64,000 bases of DNA. It comes from an uncultured Acidimicrobiia bacterium (GTDB lineage Bacteria; Actinomycetota; Acidimicrobiia; Acidimicrobiales; AC-14). This document shows, one piece after another, positions 10,401 to 17,423 of this stretch. Both the position numbers and the translations under genes were made by a program. The first letter of the stretch is position 1, and each line of letters begins with the position of its first letter. The DNA lies in contig CAWIIV010000007.1 in assembly GCA_963836205.1 (NCBI GenBank), positions 96,001-160,000 of the forward strand. The letters run 5' to 3'. Below the pieces are notes generated by a model. That model was not told where the DNA came from, did not search any database, and was given only the letters and a program-made list of their open reading frames with translations.

Positions 10401-11930
10401 CTGGAGCTGCTCCGACCGCACGGGCGGTTCGTCGAGCTGGGCAAGCGCGACATCTACGCCAACAGCCGGATCGGGCTGCGGGCTTTCCGTAACAACATCA
10501 GCCTGCTCTGCGTCGACGTCTCGCAGTTGGCGGGCACCCGGCCGTCATTGGCCCGATCGGAGAGGCGCGAGATCGTTCGCCGCATCCGCGCCGGTGAGTA
10601 CCGGCCGCTGTTGTACCGGGCCTTCCCTGCCCGCCGGATCGACGAGGCGTTCCGGCTTCTTCAGCACTCCCGCCACATCGGCAAGGTGGTGGTCACCTTC
10701 GACGACCCCGTTCCCGTCGAACACAGCCCGGTGCCGGTCCGGCTCGACGCGGAGGCGACGTATCTGGTCTCGGGAGGCTTGAGCGGCATGGGTGCGGCGG
10801 TGGCGCGGGGTCTCGATCGTTGGGGCGCCCGCCATCTCGTCCTGGTCGGCCGGCGAGGCATGGCATCCCCGGAAGCACCGGAGCTGGTGGAGTGGCTCAC
10901 CCGCCACGGGGTCGAGGCCACCGTGTACGCCGCCGACGCCGCCGACCCGGTGGCCATGGCCATGGTGGTCGCGGCCACCGACGACGCTGGCCATCCACTC
11001 CGAGGGGTGATTCACGCAGCCATGCAGCTCGACGACGGCCTCATCGCCGACCTCGGCGACGAGCGCGTCCGGACCGCAGTGACGCCCAAGTTGGGGGGGG
11101 CCATGGTGCTGGACACCCTGACGCGTAGCCGCCCCCTCGACTTCTTCGTCGGCTTTTCGTCCATGACCGCGCTTGTCGGAAGCGTCAGGCAGGCCAACTA
11201 CTCAGCAGGGAACTTGTACGTCGAAGCGCTCACCCGGGCCCGGAACGACGCCGGCCTGCCGGGGCTGGCGGTCGCCTGGGCCGGGATCAGCGACGTCGGC
11301 TACGTCGCCCGCCACGGTCTTCGGGATTCCCTGTCCGGAATGGGGCTGTTGTTCCTCTCGCCCGACCAAGTGATGGCGGCCCTGGCCGATCTTTTGGGCC
11401 TCCCCGTAGGTGTCGTAGGGGTTGGCGGCATCGACTGGGGACGGTTGAGCGCGGTGCTGCCGTCGGCGACGACCCCCCGGTTGGCCGACCTGTTACCGCC
11501 GCTCATCGAGGGCACGGAGTATCGGCGCGACGAGTTCGTGAAAGTCCTGTCCGATGCCTCGCCCGAGGACGCCCGGTGTCTCGTGGAGGACTGCCTGGTG
11601 CAGGTCGTCGCCGGGATCCTTCAGTCGCCCCTGGACAGAATCGACCGCTCCAAGCGACTCAGCGACATGGGCATGGACTCACTGATGATGGTCGAGCTGG
11701 TTACGAGCACATCGGAACAGTTCCAATGCAACATCCCGCTCGCGGAGCTGGCCAACAGCGCCGGCACCATTCGGGCCATAGCCGAGATCATTCTTGGGAG
11801 GCTTGGTATTCAGGCCGGTGGATTGAACGGCGAGGCCAGCGTCGAGAAGACGCCGCGGGATCTCGACTCGGTTGCGGCGGGCCGACCTCGTACGACCTCG
11901 GAGCCGGCGACGGACGTCGTCGTCGCATGA
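4437..11930 (+). CDS. Highly reducing single-module type I PKS (KS-AT-DH-cMT-ER-KR-ACP)
   Basis: KS DTACSS/HGTGT/KTNLGH; AT GHSVG and YAFH; DH HKLWGAVLWP; MT VLEVGAGTGG; ER LIHGAAGGVG; KR GGLSGMG/LDD/NYSAGN; ACP GMDSL. Confidence 0.95.
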   Translation: MSDPAAYRDDALAIVGLAFRLPGGVTTLDDLWSALSTRRNLITDIPADRFETSRFFDPVPTRAGKAFTFAGGYIGDITGFDADYFGISPREATLMDPQQRLLLEMTADAFDDAGIDPQSVAGTDTSVFVGMSDMGYLALQMCSPETIASHTMSGGALSIASNRLSYVFDLRGPSMTLDTACSSVMVALHQACQTVLTGRSALAVVGGVHLLLGPHPFIGFAKASMLSPLGRCATFSADADGYVRAEGGGVLLVKRLSAAVAAGDRVHAVIVSTEVNTDGRTSGMTVPSVEMQAALLRTVYQRAGVGADDLSYFEAHGTGTPLGDPIECEAVGRALGRRRTPGQPLPIGSVKTNLGHMEPASGISGILKAILVLQHRTIPPSLHGSPPNPLIDFAALGLAPVHEAQPVERGRALVGVNSFGFGGANCHALLAEAPAARSTARPEVELPLVVSARSEPALIQAVGRLAERLAGCAQDDYYDLCHTAARRARHPHRAVVLASTPRSAADRLAAVAGGDAADGAASGIAAKDGRVVFAFSGNGSQWPGMGADLIASEPVFQAAIEEVDRLLCRRLGWSVLEELVAPPERSRSSDTAFAQPALFAVQVGLVALFAARGIRPAAVTGHSVGEVAAAYASGALDLDAACQVIAGRSEAQALTAGQGRMAAVGLSPAEAEQALAPFSGRLEIAAINTDRDVTVSGEAAAVAELATRLDSAVFFRQLDLDYAFHCRHMDAIEQPLRASLRGLRPSEATVPFVSSVTGGPVGGAELDADYWWANVRQPVRFASAADHLRAHGYDVFLEIGPHPVLTTYLRRITASSGPTAVVPTLRRDTDGPAAIRTATAAVMAVGARVDERLSLSGPGRVVDLPPYPWQRERYWNGTPGQWVRSSGDGTIDHPLLGERMPVLEPTWLATVEPALVPWLASHKLWGAVLWPAVGHVEMAMAAGRRVLHAPVEVTDLAIPAPLVLPWNTGMDVRIQTSMSGDDGVVRIASTTGTGTDWRLHAQGRVRRLLCDAPPAVDLGVLEERTTRHWDADDFYALLDHVGLQYGPFLQVLRDVYAGPADVVAYYSTAIDQEGYEAHPAILDGALHAGVPLLEGRSFMPGAIDRVRLWRQPSSSGFVHVRQRSRTRREACWDVLVGNDDGTVVAELRGCRMRRADAEQAPSVHYATVLRAAPRKQEPAAPSPLPAPVQLVAYAQSQIEDLQAGWNQRGYERLDATAKVAAAHFARAAVDAMLAGQEEFTTDDLVAAGMLPKYVRMWQLVSRLCVEHGLLERQSSDRWRTTGRKAKRPRDFAEGFLLAEPRFAPDVLMSGRLGNHWADLLCGRRKPVDLLFGGGGSDTVEHFYDTSPIAGMLNHLTKSLVEAIVQSWPTDRPLRVLEVGAGTGGTTATLLPVLPPERTRYVFTDVSAAFLTAAEARFETYGFVDYRLLDIDQDLREQGFDETTFDLIVAANVLHVARDLRRALRRLGCLLSPGGQMLACEVHDPELLVAPLGFLDQFWSFTDSDLRPESALLSRERWSGVFRECGFDEVVQCGASQEPARSDFSVTLARRDRRPTAPSTSPRAEPGGSWVLAVEDPGDVGVASELADLLFAGGAEAVAVIAEADGALTAERVQAGGSIVFVLGGDSSGDAAGAVSRAVRRFGVLRAFATACEAFPPGHGTRLWLVTRPSGALPEPERPLVPEDAALWGAARVLANERTDAVIRRISWQRSQDATEDARRLALELLDPSEEDEVVLTRAGRFVPRPLERHRPLRLVERRQQAYELELRNQGLSYELAWVEAAPLRPLPDEVVVEVRATALNYRDVMIAMGTMPPDAEGAVAGGEQLIGLEYAGVVAAVGGDVETLRPGDRVCGVAYRSFASHVVTKAEFVLEIPDDMDFAGAATLPVAFLTVHHSLDHLARLAPGETILIHGAAGGVGLAAIQYANLVEASVIATAGTEAKRDLLSLLGVDDVLDSRSMAFADQVMALTDGVGVDVVLNSLSGEAISRGLELLRPHGRFVELGKRDIYANSRIGLRAFRNNISLLCVDVSQLAGTRPSLARSERREIVRRIRAGEYRPLLYRAFPARRIDEAFRLLQHSRHIGKVVVTFDDPVPVEHSPVPVRLDAEATYLVSGGLSGMGAAVARGLDRWGARHLVLVGRRGMASPEAPELVEWLTRHGVEATVYAADAADPVAMAMVVAATDDAGHPLRGVIHAAMQLDDGLIADLGDERVRTAVTPKLGGAMVLDTLTRSRPLDFFVGFSSMTALVGSVRQANYSAGNLYVEALTRARNDAGLPGLAVAWAGISDVGYVARHGLRDSLSGMGLLFLSPDQVMAALADLLGLPVGVVGVGGIDWGRLSAVLPSATTPRLADLLPPLIEGTEYRRDEFVKVLSDASPEDARCLVEDCLVQVVAGILQSPLDRIDRSKRLSDMGMDSLMMVELVTSTSEQFQCNIPLAELANSAGTIRAIAEIILGRLGIQAGGLNGEASVEKTPRDLDSVAAGRPRTTSEPATDVVVA

Positions 11931-12982
11931 CGATCGCCATCACCGGCGCCACCGGCTTTCTGGGGTTACGGGTGCTGCCGCGGCTGATGGAACGTGGCTG
12001 CCCGATCATTGTTCTGGCGAACGCCGGCAGCGCGCCCGCGCAAGACCGGATCGAGCGTCACTTCCGGCGCAGCGGCGGGCCGATCGGTCGGGCCCGCGAC
12101 CTCACCGTCGTGCCTATCGACCTCACCAGGCCGCTGCTAGGCCTGTCGCAGCCGGAGTTCGCGGCGTTGGCGGCTCGCCTCACCGAGATCTGGCATTGTG
12201 CCGGATCGATCGATTTGGTCGGACTCGAGCTGGTCCGACGGGTCAACGTGCACGGCACCTACGCCATGCTCGAGCTGGCCGGCGCGGGATCGGCGACGAT
12301 CTTCCACGTCAGCACTGCCTTCGTCGCCGGCGGACGCATCACTGGGACCATCGGCGAGGGCGACCTTGACGGCTCGTACGGCTTTGAGAGCCCTTATCAG
12401 CAATCCAAGTTCGACGGCGAGCAGGCGATCCGCGATTGGTCCCGGCGCAACGACCGACCCGCCGTGATCTTTCGGCCGAGCATTCTCGTCACCGACCGGC
12501 GGCCGCCGCCGGGAGAGTCAAGTCATCCGCTCTTCTCCGCCCTCCGCCTTACGGACCGCATCCAGGCGATGATGGCGCGTGAGGTGGCACCCGGTGAGCG
12601 TGTCCCGATCCGGGCGGCAGCAGACCCCGACGCCCACCTCAATCTCATCCCGGTCGAGCTGGCGGCCCGGCTGATGATCGAGCTCGCCGAGCGGGTCCAG
12701 CCGATAGGTGTGTACACGGCCCACATCACCTATCCGCACGAGGTCACCGTCGCCACTCTTCTGTCCGTGTTCGAACAGCGTTACCCCGTCGACCTGATCC
12801 TGAGCCTTGAGTGGCCCGAGGATCTCACGATCCTGGAATCGTTGTTGCGGACCCAGATGCGCGCCTTCACACCCTTCGCCTTCCACCATCGCTATTACGA
12901 CTGTGCCGCGCTCCGAGACGCAGGCCTTGAGCCGTCGGACGCTCCTCCGCTCGACCTGCCCTACCTGCTCGCGGGCACCTGA
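11927..12982 (+). CDS. Stand-alone thioester reductase / fatty acyl reductase-like extended SDR
   Basis: ATG at 11927 overlaps the PKS stop (ATGA); TGATGFLG, HCAG, VNVHGT, HVSTAFV, YQQSK, FRPS motifs. Confidence 0.88.
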   Translation: MTIAITGATGFLGLRVLPRLMERGCPIIVLANAGSAPAQDRIERHFRRSGGPIGRARDLTVVPIDLTRPLLGLSQPEFAALAARLTEIWHCAGSIDLVGLELVRRVNVHGTYAMLELAGAGSATIFHVSTAFVAGGRITGTIGEGDLDGSYGFESPYQQSKFDGEQAIRDWSRRNDRPAVIFRPSILVTDRRPPPGESSHPLFSALRLTDRIQAMMAREVAPGERVPIRAAADPDAHLNLIPVELAARLMIELAERVQPIGVYTAHITYPHEVTVATLLSVFEQRYPVDLILSLEWPEDLTILESLLRTQMRAFTPFAFHHRYYDCAALRDAGLEPSDAPPLDLPYLLAGT

Positions 12983-13445
12983 CCGGACGACGACGGGAGC
13001 CGACATCGCGGCGAACTCAGGAACGCCTCAGAGGCCGCACCGAATCCTCAGCCGGGGCTCACCAGCGACGTCGAAGCCGACTGCTCCGGGCAGACCAACG
13101 TGGACACTGGCCGCGGGGAGGCACCTGCAACGCGGTCGCTCACTGGGTCCCTTGTCCCGGCCGGACCGAGGTAGACGCGCGACGCGTTTGTTGGTTCGTA
13201 TGGGATCAGCCCAAAACGAGATTTTTCGAGCAGTACCAGGCGACCTCGAAGGCGGCTGGGTTTGAGCGGCGGGACTCTGGAGGGCATTCGCCTAGCCACC
13301 GTCGAGCATATCGCCGGGGCGGCGTGCAGGTTCACGTCGCCCGGCTCGCCTGACGGGTCGCTCCGCCAGTCCGGGAGCAGCCGAACGAGGGCCATCAGCC
13401 ACCAGCAGCACAGGGAGGCCAGTACCCTCTGACGAGATTTGTGGA

Positions 13446-13492
13446 GAGCGGACGACGGGAATCGAACCCGCGTTCTCAGTTTGGGAAGCTGA
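13446..13492 (-). repeat. Distal att site: copy of the 3' part of tRNA-Gly(CCC)
   Basis: 47 bp matching 27757-27803 with two mismatches (13452, 13480). Confidence 0.92.
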
Positions 13493-13581
13493 GCGGAGGG
13501 AGTCTCGCGGCCTGCTCGAATCCGCGAAAGTCCTGGTCAGAGGCTATGTGGGGTGTCCGCCAATGACCACTGGAACTTGCC

Positions 13582-13614
13582 CGTGACCGTGAGTTAGGTC
13601 ACGTTTAGGTCACG
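13582..13614. repeat. Putative integrase arm-type binding sites, left end
   Basis: TTAGGTCACG at 13594-13603 and 13605-13614 (11-bp period), inverted CGTGACC at 13582-13588; same core recurs at the right end. Confidence 0.65.
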
Positions 13615-13652
13615 CCGGGCCCGACGGCGGCGCCGGCTGGCATCATGAAAGG

Positions 13653-13844
13653 GTGCCTCGCTACTTCCACCTCGAGCGGTACCCGGGCAAGTTCGTGGCC
13701 ATCGACATGGCGACCGATGAGGTGGTCCTGACGGCTGACACGCCCGAGGAGCTCCACGAGCAGATCCAGCAGCGCGGCCTGCGCAATGTCGCCGTGATGC
13801 GTGCTCCGAGAGAGGACGAACCCCTCTTCGTCGGCCTGAACTGA
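13653..13844 (+). CDS. Small protein, DUF5678-like
   Basis: 63 aa; 'LERYPGKFVAI...VVLTADTPEEL' pattern resembles DUF5678; GAAAGG upstream of GTG. Confidence 0.6.
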   Translation: MPRYFHLERYPGKFVAIDMATDEVVLTADTPEELHEQIQQRGLRNVAVMRAPREDEPLFVGLN

Positions 13845-14180
13845 TCCCGCGGATGGCCGACGGGCTCCTGGTTGCACCAGAACCTGGCCGAGCACTCCAA
13901 GGCGGTATGACCTCAGCGCCCTTCTTGGCGATGAGCAACCGCATCCCTGGGCATGGGAGCTGCTGACAAACCATTCGACCGCATGCGCAGCCGAGGTCAG
14001 CCGCCTTGTGCACGTCGTCTCCTGGGTACGCGCCCTCGGTCGGCCGACGGGACGGTGGACGTCCGCTGACGGGACACGCCGGCCGGGGGGTTGACTAAAG
14101 TGGGGTGGAAGCGGCTGATTACTTGACGAGATGGGATCAACACGACACATTGGTGGCGCGGTATCTACCTGCCCACGGCC

Positions 14181-14837
14181 TTGGGAGCGCCCTTGACTGG
14201 CGATGAACTGAACACAGAGCTCGGGTCCAGTTTCCCAGACCCGTTCCTACGGGGCTGCCTTCACGCTGTCTTCACGGCACGTCGCCTTGCCTGGGAGGAT
14301 TGCCACCAGCGCTACGCACCAACCGAGGCCGAGAACGCACGACCATGGTTGGCTCGGGCAAACTTGGAAGGCCTACTCCGGGATGTGGCTAACCGGTTCG
14401 ATATCAAGGCAACAGTCATGAAGGCGTCGAACTGGAACCACACGGAGATTCGTGGCGGACGTCTCGTAATGACCCAGAACTCAGTTGCCACGCCTTGCGC
14501 CGTTATAGACACATCTGAGTTTCGGAAGAGCTTGGCTCGAAGCAATCAGGGCCTGCTATGGCCCGAGTATGCGCAGGTTTCGGAGGACGCATCCATCTTT
14601 ATCCTCCTACTTCATAGCCAAAGCCGGTTTCTGGCGCGGGACGAGCAGGAACGATATGGGCACCTAGCCGGCTCCGCTTATCTAGCGGTTCCCGCAGCTG
14701 ACCTGAAAGGTTACCTCCATACGGTTAACCTCTTTGAGAGGTTCCCAGAGGTTGTCCATAGTTACCTACCGAAAGATTGGGATGAGGAGGCCCGAATACG
14801 GTACATCAGCCGGGCAAGACGAACGGATGTTGCGTGA
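14181..14837 (+). CDS. Hypothetical protein, candidate toxin/effector partner of the XRE-ImmA protein (RmrT-like position)
   Basis: 218 aa ORF (start may be TTG at 14193 after GGAG); stop overlaps next start (GTGA); no recognisable catalytic motif. Confidence 0.7.
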   Translation: MGAPLTGDELNTELGSSFPDPFLRGCLHAVFTARRLAWEDCHQRYAPTEAENARPWLARANLEGLLRDVANRFDIKATVMKASNWNHTEIRGGRLVMTQNSVATPCAVIDTSEFRKSLARSNQGLLWPEYAQVSEDASIFILLLHSQSRFLARDEQERYGHLAGSAYLAVPAADLKGYLHTVNLFERFPEVVHSYLPKDWDEEARIRYISRARRTDVA

Positions 14838-16042
14838 AAACGGGTACTCCAGGGTTCGTGGGCAGTCGACTCCGAGAGGCGCGCGATATTCGCGGCCTAA
14901 CGGCGATTTCTCTTGCTGAATTGACCGGTGTTAGCCGACAGGCTATTTCTCAGTACGAGAACGGAAGGGCATCTCCGAGCCAAGACGTCGTTAGTGCATT
15001 GGCAATAATACTTCGGGTTCCACCACAATTCTTTCTTCGTGCGGAACGAAAGCCAGAGCCTGGAACAATATTCTTCAGGTCGATGAGCTCGACGACTAAA
15101 GGTGCAAGGGCTCGTGCTGAAGGTCGCTTACACTGGCTTCACGATATTGCCAAGTTTCTATCGCAGTACGTCGAGCTGCCTACTTCGAACGTGCCGTCCC
15201 TCGGTCTTGCCGCCGAGCCGCTCCTGCTATCCGACGATGATATCGAGGCTGCCGCCGAGGAAGTCCGCCGCTACTGGGGACTTCGCGACGGCCCGATCGG
15301 AAATATGGTCCGGCTCTTAGAGAACAATGGAGCCGTGATTGGTCGGGATGAACTTGGGGCTGAAACGCTAGATGGCTTGTCGAAGTTTACTGAGGGTCGA
15401 CCCTACGTCATCGTTGGAACTGACAAAGGGACCCCTGTTCGTTGGCGATTCGATGCTGCGCATGAGCTAGGACACCTGGTATTGCACGCTGAGGTCAAGC
15501 GTGAACGCCTGCTGAAGCCAGGCGAGTTCAAGAGAATTGAGGAGCAGGCTCACCGCTTCGCGGCGGCCTTCTTGTTGCCCATGGCCCCGTTCGCTAACGA
15601 TTTCTTCGCTCCGAACCTCGATGTTCTGCGAGCTTTGAAACCCAAGTGGAATGTCTCCATTTCAATGATGATCATCAGAGCACGCCATGCAGGTCTGCTC
15701 TCTGAACAGACCGAGCGGAGCCTGTGGGTCAATGTGGCAAGGCGTGGCTGGCGGAGAAATGAGCCTTATGACGATTCGATGCAACCTGAGGAACCACGCC
15801 TACTCCGGCGGGCATTCGAGGTACTCCTAAACGAAGCGGGCCTTACGCCGGATGAGATTGTGGCTGGGTTGGCGTTGCCTGCATCTGATATCGAGTCGCT
15901 GATCGGCCTTCACCGCGGCTATTTTGACGAGGCCTGCGTTCCGATCGTACTAAAGACTCCTCACCATGGTTCGGCGAACCAGAATGACAACGAAGGTCAG
16001 GCGGAGGTTATCCGGCTGCCATTTAGGCCGCGGACATCGTGA
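14834..16042 (+). CDS. XRE-family HTH fused to ImmA/IrrE (M78) zinc metallopeptidase
   Basis: N-terminal RLREAR..RGLT..LAELTGVSRQAISQYENG HTH; IFFRS; RFDAAHELGHLVLH (HExxH); EEQAHRFAAAFLLP. Confidence 0.92.
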   Translation: MKTGTPGFVGSRLREARDIRGLTAISLAELTGVSRQAISQYENGRASPSQDVVSALAIILRVPPQFFLRAERKPEPGTIFFRSMSSTTKGARARAEGRLHWLHDIAKFLSQYVELPTSNVPSLGLAAEPLLLSDDDIEAAAEEVRRYWGLRDGPIGNMVRLLENNGAVIGRDELGAETLDGLSKFTEGRPYVIVGTDKGTPVRWRFDAAHELGHLVLHAEVKRERLLKPGEFKRIEEQAHRFAAAFLLPMAPFANDFFAPNLDVLRALKPKWNVSISMMIIRARHAGLLSEQTERSLWVNVARRGWRRNEPYDDSMQPEEPRLLRRAFEVLLNEAGLTPDEIVAGLALPASDIESLIGLHRGYFDEACVPIVLKTPHHGSANQNDNEGQAEVIRLPFRPRTS

Positions 16043-16154
16043 TGCAAGATTGGCTCGGTTCCGATCCAAGGCGGCAAGCTGCCATTCCGTGACAGCGCAG
16101 CCTCATTGCGGAGCAAGCTAATCATTGAGGAGAATCCCGGCGTGAAGAGGTAGC

Positions 16155-17423
16155 GTGGAGAAGTTTGAGCAAGGGTTGCGGTGCCAGGATATTCACGCGG
16201 GGTTGCGTGGTGTTGATCCGAACTCGCCGGCGCTAGCGCGACTCGACGATACGCGGATGGTTGGCATGGCGGCGAGCCTTGCCGCGGCTGTACGCGGGCA
16301 GGACATAATCCGTGATGCTCAAACTCTGAAGATGGTCGCAGCGGATCAGCTCGACGTCGACTCGCTCGCATTCCCGGCGGTGGTTGAGATTCTCGACGCG
16401 GCAGGATTTGTTCATACGATCGTGCGGCGGGGCGGGAAGATTGTTTCGTTTGTAGAGGACGTTCCATTCCACCAGAATCTGTATGAGACACTCGGGCAGG
16501 TCTGGTCAGATCGGAATCCAACCGAAATCGAACAGGAGATGCTCGCGACTGTTCACCGCCTGGCTGCTGGACCCGTCCCGGCAGAGAACCTCGCTGATGA
16601 GCTAGGCCTTAACCCCAGGGACGTCCCCGGCATTTTGACTCTTGCCCGTGAGGCAGATCTCGTAAAGGGAATCGCCACAGTTGACGGCGAGATACTCTAC
16701 TCACCGTTTATGGGATTCGAGCATCCCACGGCGATAGCCGAGATTCTCACCAGTCATGGCCCGGATCAATTTCAAGAGGAACTCGCTCTTCTTCGGTCGT
16801 ACCAAGGAATGCCAGTCGATGCAACCCGGTGTCCGGCGCTAACGGATGCTGTTGGGCTTGGCCTTATTATGGCGCCGTCTGTTGAAAGGCCAGATCACGT
16901 CTCCCAACCCTTTGGCGCCCTACCGTATTCTCCAGACCCGAGTCTCTTTGGCGTGCGCAAGCCGATACTTGATAAGGCGCTTGCGGTGCTTGCGTGCGTA
17001 AGGTGCGGACAGCATTTCGGCGGCTCGACGGGCATCACAAGTCCACTTGCGATTCTCGACGCCTTACTGGATCCCGCTCGCGGAAATAGGCTTCGCGCCC
17101 ATTCATCTCATAGGCGTCAGTACCAGCTACTGTTCCGTCGCCAAATTGTTGATTTCATGCCCTCTGGAGGATGGGTGATCCCGCGGCTTATTGACACGGA
17201 AGATAATCTCGCTGCTGTGAGACTCGCGAGAGACTTGATTGCCTACGGTGAGCCGCTCCAAGATCGAACTGGCTCGAATGAAGAGGCGCGGCGACTGTTG
17301 ATGACCGAGGCAGAGTATCTTACGCCGCTCCAAACCGTGCATCAGCGTCGACGGGAGCTTCGCCTGACGTCGGCTCAGTACGCGAATGCCATGGAGGCGC
17401 TTATGGGTCGGAGCGCGCTGTGA
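16155..17423 (+). CDS. Hypothetical protein with apparent tandem winged-helix segments
   Basis: 422 aa ORF, GAGG RBS before GTG; wHTH-like segments (LDVDSLAFPAVVEILDAAGFV; LADELGLNPRDVPGILTLAREADLV); CVRC; coupled to the next gene by GTGA. Confidence 0.75.
   Translation: MEKFEQGLRCQDIHAGLRGVDPNSPALARLDDTRMVGMAASLAAAVRGQDIIRDAQTLKMVAADQLDVDSLAFPAVVEILDAAGFVHTIVRRGGKIVSFVEDVPFHQNLYETLGQVWSDRNPTEIEQEMLATVHRLAAGPVPAENLADELGLNPRDVPGILTLAREADLVKGIATVDGEILYSPFMGFEHPTAIAEILTSHGPDQFQEELALLRSYQGMPVDATRCPALTDAVGLGLIMAPSVERPDHVSQPFGALPYSPDPSLFGVRKPILDKALAVLACVRCGQHFGGSTGITSPLAILDALLDPARGNRLRAHSSHRRQYQLLFRRQIVDFMPSGGWVIPRLIDTEDNLAAVRLARDLIAYGEPLQDRTGSNEEARRLLMTEAEYLTPLQTVHQRRRELRLTSAQYANAMEALMGRSAL

Noticed and set aside
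12983-13445. Gene or ncRNA between the reductase and att
   Set aside because: Short ORFs lack motifs and host-like codon bias; no convincing structure seen
13446-13492. Second functional tRNA-Gly
   Set aside because: Only the 3' part is present (no 5' acceptor strand or D-arm), with a mismatch in the anticodon stem and no CCA; it is an att remnant
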